Shown here one piece after another: positions 58,770-64,000 of a stretch of 64,000 bases of DNA. A model generated the notes under the pieces. It was not told where the DNA came from, made no database searches, and saw nothing but the letters and a program-made list of their open reading frames with translations. Made by a program: the position numbers and the translations under genes. Origin of the DNA: a virus; IMG/VR virus record IMGVR_UViG_3300017754_002544, positions 1 to 64,000 of that record; one strand, written 5' to 3'. Position 1 is the stretch's first letter. Each line of letters starts with the position of its first letter.

Positions 58770-60156
58770 ATGCGATAGCTTGTCTTATCTCGATATTTTT
58801 AATATAGAGTTCTAGCTTTAATTTTAAATCAGAGCTTACCCAATCTTGTTTTACTAACCAAGTAATATATGATGGGTCTCTTTTATAGACAGCTTCTACC
58901 ATCCTATCTTTGTATTTTCCAAATGGAATTTTAAAGTCTGAGTCAACCTCTTTGCTATTAGAATTTATATCTGCTTTAGTGACAATTGGACCATCTAATG
59001 GAATAGATGTAACTAATCTTTCTTTTGTAAATACTCCCCACCCATGACCTCTATAGTCCTCTATAGTTATTTCTCTAGGATGAGCTAGTCTTTTGAAGTT
59101 GTTGCAATAATCAATAAATAAAAAATCATCCTTACCTAAATTAGGTCTCACACCTCTTCCATATATCTGATAAAATGAAGACAAAGAATTTGTAGGTCTT
59201 CCCATTATAATACAATCTAATCCTGGGTAGTCAAATCCGGTTGTAAATACTCCAAAGTTAAATAAAACTTTAACTCTACCTGATTTAAAGTCATCAACTA
59301 TTTTAGCTCTTTCTTTAGCAGGAGTCTCTCCCGTAATGTATTTAGCTTCAGGAATAAACTCACAAAATCTTTTGCAAGAAGTAACGCTATCCACGAATAC
59401 AAGAATACTTTTTCTATTGTTTTGATTCAGCAAATCCTTGATTCTAAGATATATCTTATTGTTTATACCATTAGCTTCTACTGCCTCCTTAATACTTTGT
59501 TCAGTAAATTCTGTACCTGTAGTATTTAAGACTAGCCTAGTCTCATCCATGAACCACTCTTCGTCAATAGACTTAGCCCAAAATCCTCTATCAATCATCT
59601 CACCTATTTGAGTTATGTGGATGAATGTTTTAAAAAATCCAGGCCTCATTCTATTTAACATAACTAGCCTACTACCTTCTCTATTATTTTTTAATCTGAA
59701 TGGAGTAGCTGTTAGTCCTATTACTTTACTAGGATTTAGTTTCTTTATAAACTTTGAGAACATAGATTGAGCATCAGGATCTATTCCATGATGACATTCG
59801 TCAATAATAACGAGATTGACACCAGCCTTTTTAAAGTCCTCAACTCTATTCTTGATACTACCTAAAGTTGCATAGGTAACATGCCCAATATTTTTTTCAT
59901 TGGCACTAGCTGAAAATATTGAAGCGTTTCCACCCATCAATACAAATTTCTCGTAATTCTGTTTTAGTAACTCTACTGATGGTTGGAGAACCAATATTGG
60001 TCCACTATACCTCATAGCAATACCTGCTATCTCCCAACTCTTACCTGCCCCAGTTGGAGCTACAATAATTCCTGGACTAGTAGTTTTAGATTCTATATAA
60101 TTAATAGCAGCATCTACTGCACTTTTTTGGTAATCTCTAAGCTCTATCTTTGACAT
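58768..60156 (-). CDS. Superfamily 2 DExH helicase (RadD/UvsW-like)
   Basis: LRDYQ, APTGAGKS, IIDECH, GLTATP, TTGFDYP, QIYGRGVR; C-terminal IPFGKYK...YITWL domain. Confidence 0.9.
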   Translation of the reverse strand: MSKIELRDYQKSAVDAAINYIESKTTSPGIIVAPTGAGKSWEIAGIAMRYSGPILVLQPSVELLKQNYEKFVLMGGNASIFSASANEKNIGHVTYATLGSIKNRVEDFKKAGVNLVIIDECHHGIDPDAQSMFSKFIKKLNPSKVIGLTATPFRLKNNREGSRLVMLNRMRPGFFKTFIHITQIGEMIDRGFWAKSIDEEWFMDETRLVLNTTGTEFTEQSIKEAVEANGINNKIYLRIKDLLNQNNRKSILVFVDSVTSCKRFCEFIPEAKYITGETPAKERAKIVDDFKSGRVKVLFNFGVFTTGFDYPGLDCIIMGRPTNSLSSFYQIYGRGVRPNLGKDDFLFIDYCNNFKRLAHPREITIEDYRGHGWGVFTKERLVTSIPLDGPIVTKADINSNSKEVDSDFKIPFGKYKDRMVEAVYKRDPSYITWLVKQDWVSSDLKLKLELYIKNIEIRQAIA

Positions 60157-60706
60157 TCTTTCCTTCCTCTATTTTTTTATTTATAAATGCTCTTACTTCA
60201 GGATATCTTTCTTCTATAGCATTGCTCATTGTAAATGGTATAGGCTTATCTGAGTGTATAGGAACATCCAAGTTATCTGATTCCTCTCCGAAATTTATTT
60301 TACGTAATCTTTCTTTTAAAGATGATAATTCTTTAAGAACTCCTGATTGAAAAGCTATCTCCATTTCCATTCTCTTTTCGACATTGGAATCTGCCTCATC
60401 GAATTCGGTCCAGTCAAAAGCTCTAGTTACATGATTGTATCTTTTCTCTAAGATATAGTAGAACTCTAGCAATAATTTTATAGACTTATTAACTTCAGGA
60501 TTACCTAATTCTTCCTCAGCTAAAGAGTACAATTTAATAAGAGCTGATATGTTTCTATCATTGAGTATAGACTGTAGATTATACATGCTCTCCCTTTTTT
60601 CTAACTTAGAGACAATAGACCAGTCATGTTCTTTAATGAACTTCAATTCCTTCTTAGCCGGAGGCATAACTAAGTCAAGATGGTCTTGTATTTTTTTATC
60701 TAGCAT
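60137..60706 (-). CDS. Hypothetical helical protein
   Basis: 189 aa with its own promoter, overlapping the helicase start. Confidence 0.7.
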   Translation of the reverse strand: MLDKKIQDHLDLVMPPAKKELKFIKEHDWSIVSKLEKRESMYNLQSILNDRNISALIKLYSLAEEELGNPEVNKSIKLLLEFYYILEKRYNHVTRAFDWTEFDEADSNVEKRMEMEIAFQSGVLKELSSLKERLRKINFGEESDNLDVPIHSDKPIPFTMSNAIEERYPEVRAFINKKIEEGKNVKDRA

Positions 60707-60710
60707 ATCA

Positions 60711-60741
60711 CAAATATAGAAAAAAATTGTGACAAAACAAA
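60711..60741 (-). promoter_or_regulatory. Bacteroidota sigma-A promoter
   Basis: On the - strand: TTTG (60741-60738), 19 nt, TATATTTG (60718-60711); ATG 4 nt downstream. Confidence 0.7.
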
Positions 60742-60766
60742 AAATCCCCCCAATTTTATGGGGGGA
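60739..60766 (-). terminator. Intrinsic terminator after nrdA
   Basis: tcccccc-aattttat-gggggga stem-loop with an A6 run on its left (U tract on the - strand). Confidence 0.75.
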
Positions 60767-60787
60767 CTATTCAGAGATGAAATCTCT

Positions 60788-62434
60788 TTATGCTTCGCAA
60801 GAAGAACAACTTAGAATATCTCTAGATACTTGTTGAGCTTTATTGACACTTCTTTGATAATACAAAGTCTTCAATCCAAGTTTCCAAGCTTCAATAAATA
60901 ATGAGTTGATATCTTTTAGTGGAACATCAGGATGTATCATCAAGTTCAATGATTGTGCCTGATCAATCCATCTTTGTCTTTGAGCAGCTTGTTTTACAAT
61001 TTCCATTTGACTTATCTCTCCGAATGTTTTAAATACATCCTTTTCAACATCAGATAAAAAGTCTAGGTGTTGAACTGAGCCACCTTTAACCATAATACTC
61101 TTCCAAGTATCTGGGGTATCCTTTCCCTTTTCCTTGAGTAACTTTTCTAGGTATGGATTCTTATAAGAAAACTTACCCTTAGCTAAATCCTTTAAAAAGT
61201 AATTGGAATGTAGTGGTTCAATAGATGGAGATACCTGACCTAAGATAAAACTAGATGAGGTAGTTGGAGCTACTGCAACTCTTGTTGTAAATCTCTCACC
61301 ATATCCCTCTAGCATTTTAGGCTCTCCAAAAAGTAAAGCCAAACTCTTACTTGCTTGTAAACTTCTAAAGTCTATTGTTGTAAATATTTCGGCATTAAGA
61401 TACATTGCATCCATACCTTCAAATGAAATCATCTTAGACTGAAGTAAGCTATGCCATCCAAGAACACCAAGACCAATACTTCTATGTTCCTTTGCAAATC
61501 TTACCGCTTTATCCAAGAAAGGAATTCCACTAGCCTTTTCAATAAATTCTGTATAAACAGCATCAAGGAAATAGGTAAGTATTTCAATCGCATCTGATTC
61601 TTTTATCTCGTCCCAATGAATCAAATTTAGAGAAGATAAACAACAAACAAATGTCTTTTCTAAATCAGTATACTCAATTATTTCGGAGCACATCTGACTA
61701 TGGTTAATCTTCAACCCCTTATCTCTATATACTTTAGGACTTGCATTGTTTACATTATCAGAAAAGAATATGTATGGGAATCCAGTTTCAGATCTCTTCT
61801 TATGAATCTTAGCCATTATAGCTCTTTTGGATTTATCGCCATCAATCATTTCTTGCATCCAATAATCTGGAATTGTAACAGCTAAAGCTAAGTCTTGAAT
61901 AGGGTGACCTTCTTCTCTACATTTTAAGAACTCTTCTATATCGGGATGGTCTATGTTTAAGTAGGCAGCAAAGTAACCTCTTCTTGCTTGACCTTGTGTG
62001 ATAACATTGGTAGCAGCTTGAAACAATTCCATAAAAGATACTGGCCCATTTGATACTCCATTGTTTTTAATGGATGAACCTCTATGTCTTAGTTTACCAA
62101 AGAATCCTGCTGTTCCTCCACCATGTTTTGTTAGCATACCAATCTCAGCAGCAGCTCTTACAATATCAGATGTATCATCTTGAATATCAATACCATAGCA
62201 AGAAATTGGTAGCCCTCTATCTAATCCAAAGTTCATCCATACTGGAGTAGCTAGAGAGAAATAACCTTTAGCCATATACCCATAGAACTTGTCAGAGAAA
62301 CCTTGAATACCTAAAATCTCTTCAGCTCTATTAGCTATTTGTCTAATCCTATCTTCAGGAGATACTCCAGGTAATAGGTAACCTTCATTTAAGAATCTTC
62401 TTGATTCTTCATTAAGCCAATAAAAATCTTCCAT
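60788..62434 (-). CDS. nrdA: Ribonucleotide reductase class I alpha subunit (short, no ATP cone)
   Basis: LATPVW, PISCY, GGGT, MCSEI, CCLSSLN, GLGVLG, VAPTTSSS, DQAQSLN, LKTLYY, C-terminal CSSCEA. Confidence 0.93.
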   Translation of the reverse strand: MEDFYWLNEESRRFLNEGYLLPGVSPEDRIRQIANRAEEILGIQGFSDKFYGYMAKGYFSLATPVWMNFGLDRGLPISCYGIDIQDDTSDIVRAAAEIGMLTKHGGGTAGFFGKLRHRGSSIKNNGVSNGPVSFMELFQAATNVITQGQARRGYFAAYLNIDHPDIEEFLKCREEGHPIQDLALAVTIPDYWMQEMIDGDKSKRAIMAKIHKKRSETGFPYIFFSDNVNNASPKVYRDKGLKINHSQMCSEIIEYTDLEKTFVCCLSSLNLIHWDEIKESDAIEILTYFLDAVYTEFIEKASGIPFLDKAVRFAKEHRSIGLGVLGWHSLLQSKMISFEGMDAMYLNAEIFTTIDFRSLQASKSLALLFGEPKMLEGYGERFTTRVAVAPTTSSSFILGQVSPSIEPLHSNYFLKDLAKGKFSYKNPYLEKLLKEKGKDTPDTWKSIMVKGGSVQHLDFLSDVEKDVFKTFGEISQMEIVKQAAQRQRWIDQAQSLNLMIHPDVPLKDINSLFIEAWKLGLKTLYYQRSVNKAQQVSRDILSCSSCEA

Positions 62435-62436
62435 TT

Positions 62437-63414
62437 TTAAAATAATTCTTCTTCGTTAAATACTTTTGTTTTCTTTGCGTAATCAATTGGCTTTTTGTGG
62501 AAGAAGTCAGTCAAGGCTGATGCGTATACTTCTTCTTCCATCCAATTAGTTTTTTCTATAATTTCTTTAGCTACATCAAATGTTTCAGAGAATCCAATCT
62601 TAACAAGACACTCATTCATTCTTCTTTTGATATAACCTTTAAGAATATCCTCTGATAAGAATTCATTTTCATATCCTTGGAGAATCCAATTAATTAAATT
62701 AGATTCAGCATTGAATGCTTCTTGAACCTCAGATAATATTTTTTCTGATAACTCTTCATCAAATATCTCAGGATACTCAGATCTTATTTGATTGATAATA
62801 GCAATACCACCTTCAGCGTGTAAATTCTCTTCTTTAGATGTATACTGTACAATATTTGACACATCCTTTAAGACACCTCTAAATCTATTGAATCCAAGAA
62901 TTGTATAGAATTGAGAGAACAAAGCACAATACTCAGTAAACAATGTAAATAATATTAAAGAGTATACTATGTTTTTGTGGTCATCTTTGTATATTTTATT
63001 TACATATTTAGATAAGTAGTCTACTCTACCTTTTACAACTGGCTCAGAGAATAGTGTTTCAAAGTCTTCTTCTAAACCAAGCTTAGATAGAATCTCAGCA
63101 TAGGCTCTAGAATGGATTACCTCAACTCCTCCAAACACAGCACCTAAGTCTGATATCTCTGGCTTAGGTAATACTCTACCTATATTGGACCAGTAAGATT
63201 TTACAGCAACTTCTACCTGAGATGTAAGTAGTATCGCTCTTTTTATTACTCCTCTTTCTTCTTCTGTTAATTTAGTCTTGAAGTCTTGGACATCGTTTTT
63301 AAAATTGAACTCGTTGTGAGTCCAATGACTAGCCCACATTGCATCTATTAGTGGGTCTGTTATATGCGAATATTCGAAAGGTTTATAGCTAATTCTTTTG
63401 TCAAAAATGCCCAT
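62437..63414 (-). CDS. nrdB: Ribonucleotide reductase class I beta subunit
   Basis: EVIHSRAY, FTE...LFSQF, EENLH, DFF..KP.DY. Confidence 0.93.
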   Translation of the reverse strand: MGIFDKRISYKPFEYSHITDPLIDAMWASHWTHNEFNFKNDVQDFKTKLTEEERGVIKRAILLTSQVEVAVKSYWSNIGRVLPKPEISDLGAVFGGVEVIHSRAYAEILSKLGLEEDFETLFSEPVVKGRVDYLSKYVNKIYKDDHKNIVYSLILFTLFTEYCALFSQFYTILGFNRFRGVLKDVSNIVQYTSKEENLHAEGGIAIINQIRSEYPEIFDEELSEKILSEVQEAFNAESNLINWILQGYENEFLSEDILKGYIKRRMNECLVKIGFSETFDVAKEIIEKTNWMEEEVYASALTDFFHKKPIDYAKKTKVFNEEELF

Positions 63415-63519
63415 TTTTTTAAATTTTGAGGTTAAAAAATCCGGCCATAAAAAAATAAAGCCGGACTATAAAGATATATACAAGATATAAATCTTGCAAT
63501 TAAATTAGAACATTTAAAA

Positions 63520-63963
63520 TTATTTGGTTGCAGACTCTAATGATGGCATAAATACTTCAATAATTTTAGATTCTTTAACAACTGAAACCTCTGGTTCAAA
63601 TAAGAAACCTCCAACCTCACTCATTACAATGTCATATGCATGTTTAGCATCTTTAGCTGATGTAAGATAAGCATAAACTGTCTTCTTATCTTTTCCTGTA
63701 TCATCATCAGAAAGTGTATGCTTTACTTTAACTTCAAAGTAATTTCCATAGTCTTCGTCTTCAAAGATGTCACTAAACATAACTCTAGTAATAGCTTCAA
63801 CTACAAACTCACCTCTGATAACACTTCCTAGATGTGTGTAGATTTCTTCTTCCGCACTACCAAATGTATATGCGTGAACAAGAAAAGATTCAGATACTCT
63901 TTTTAAAGTCCCATTGTCAAGACTTTTTGTGTAACGTACTTTACAAATAAATTGATTGTTCAT
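63520..63963 (-). CDS. DUF4494-like protein (Bacteroidota-associated)
   Basis: F.CKVRY.K...G..KRVSE.FLV.A..F..AE and the duplicated second half resemble DUF4494. Confidence 0.7.
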   Translation of the reverse strand: MNNQFICKVRYTKSLDNGTLKRVSESFLVHAYTFGSAEEEIYTHLGSVIRGEFVVEAITRVMFSDIFEDEDYGNYFEVKVKHTLSDDDTGKDKKTVYAYLTSAKDAKHAYDIVMSEVGGFLFEPEVSVVKESKIIEVFMPSLESATK

Positions 63964-63988
63964 GTTTTTGGTTTTTAAATTAAGATTA

Positions 63989-63996
63989 CAAATATA
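63989..63996 (-). promoter_or_regulatory. Bacteroidota -7 element
   Basis: CAAATATA on + equals TATATTTG on -, upstream of ATG 63963. Confidence 0.6.
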
Positions 63997-64000
63997 TACA

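Noticed and set aside
60150-61885. Plus-strand ORFs 60150-60350 and 61700-61885
   Set aside because: Antisense to well-supported minus-strand genes
63434-63496. Hairpins upstream of nrdB as a riboswitch or NrdR-type control site
   Set aside because: Only short stems (tccggc/gccgga; caagat/atcttg); may be a weak terminator, but no recognisable motif
1-64000. Stop-codon reassignment as in some crAss-like phages
   Set aside because: Code 11 gives dense, uninterrupted ORFs up to 7 kb, and TAG ends genes cleanly (e.g. 5553, 10226, 49971, 50999)

Overview
The window is an AT-rich segment of a large podovirus-type dsDNA phage with crAss-like (Crassvirales-related) gene order. The host is most likely a Bacteroidota/Flavobacteriia bacterium, judged from TTTG-N19-20-TAnnTTTG promoters, a DUF4494-like gene and A-rich leaders without Shine-Dalgarno sites. 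The standard genetic code reads through throughout. On the + strand: Lys-rich basic proteins and an amidase endolysin (1-4.1 kb), Gly- and Cys-rich tail/fibre genes (4.2-9.4 kb), a ring/IHF/tail-tube/tail-stabilisation block (9.5-17.9 kb), ~32 kb of large putative internal (ejected) virion proteins (17.9-50 kb), and replication genes (Prim-Pol, HNH, dUTPase, DnaB-like helicase, intein-containing family A polymerase). On the - strand, converging at ~58.75 kb: SF2 helicase, nrdA, nrdB and a DUF4494-like gene. No capsid, portal or terminase gene, tRNA or CRISPR array was recognised. The most striking unexplained signal is a recurrent [YFLA]-x-x-G-G motif, about 26 copies by eye, in the basic proteins and the first four putative cargo proteins. 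It marks the borders of discrete modules (HAD phosphatase, beta-barrel-like domain, acidic tail, small Cys modules) and sits at the edges of duplicated DNA. This suggests a double-glycine polyprotein-processing or capsid-loading system with swappable cargo cassettes. All family assignments are from motif recognition by eye; no searches were run.
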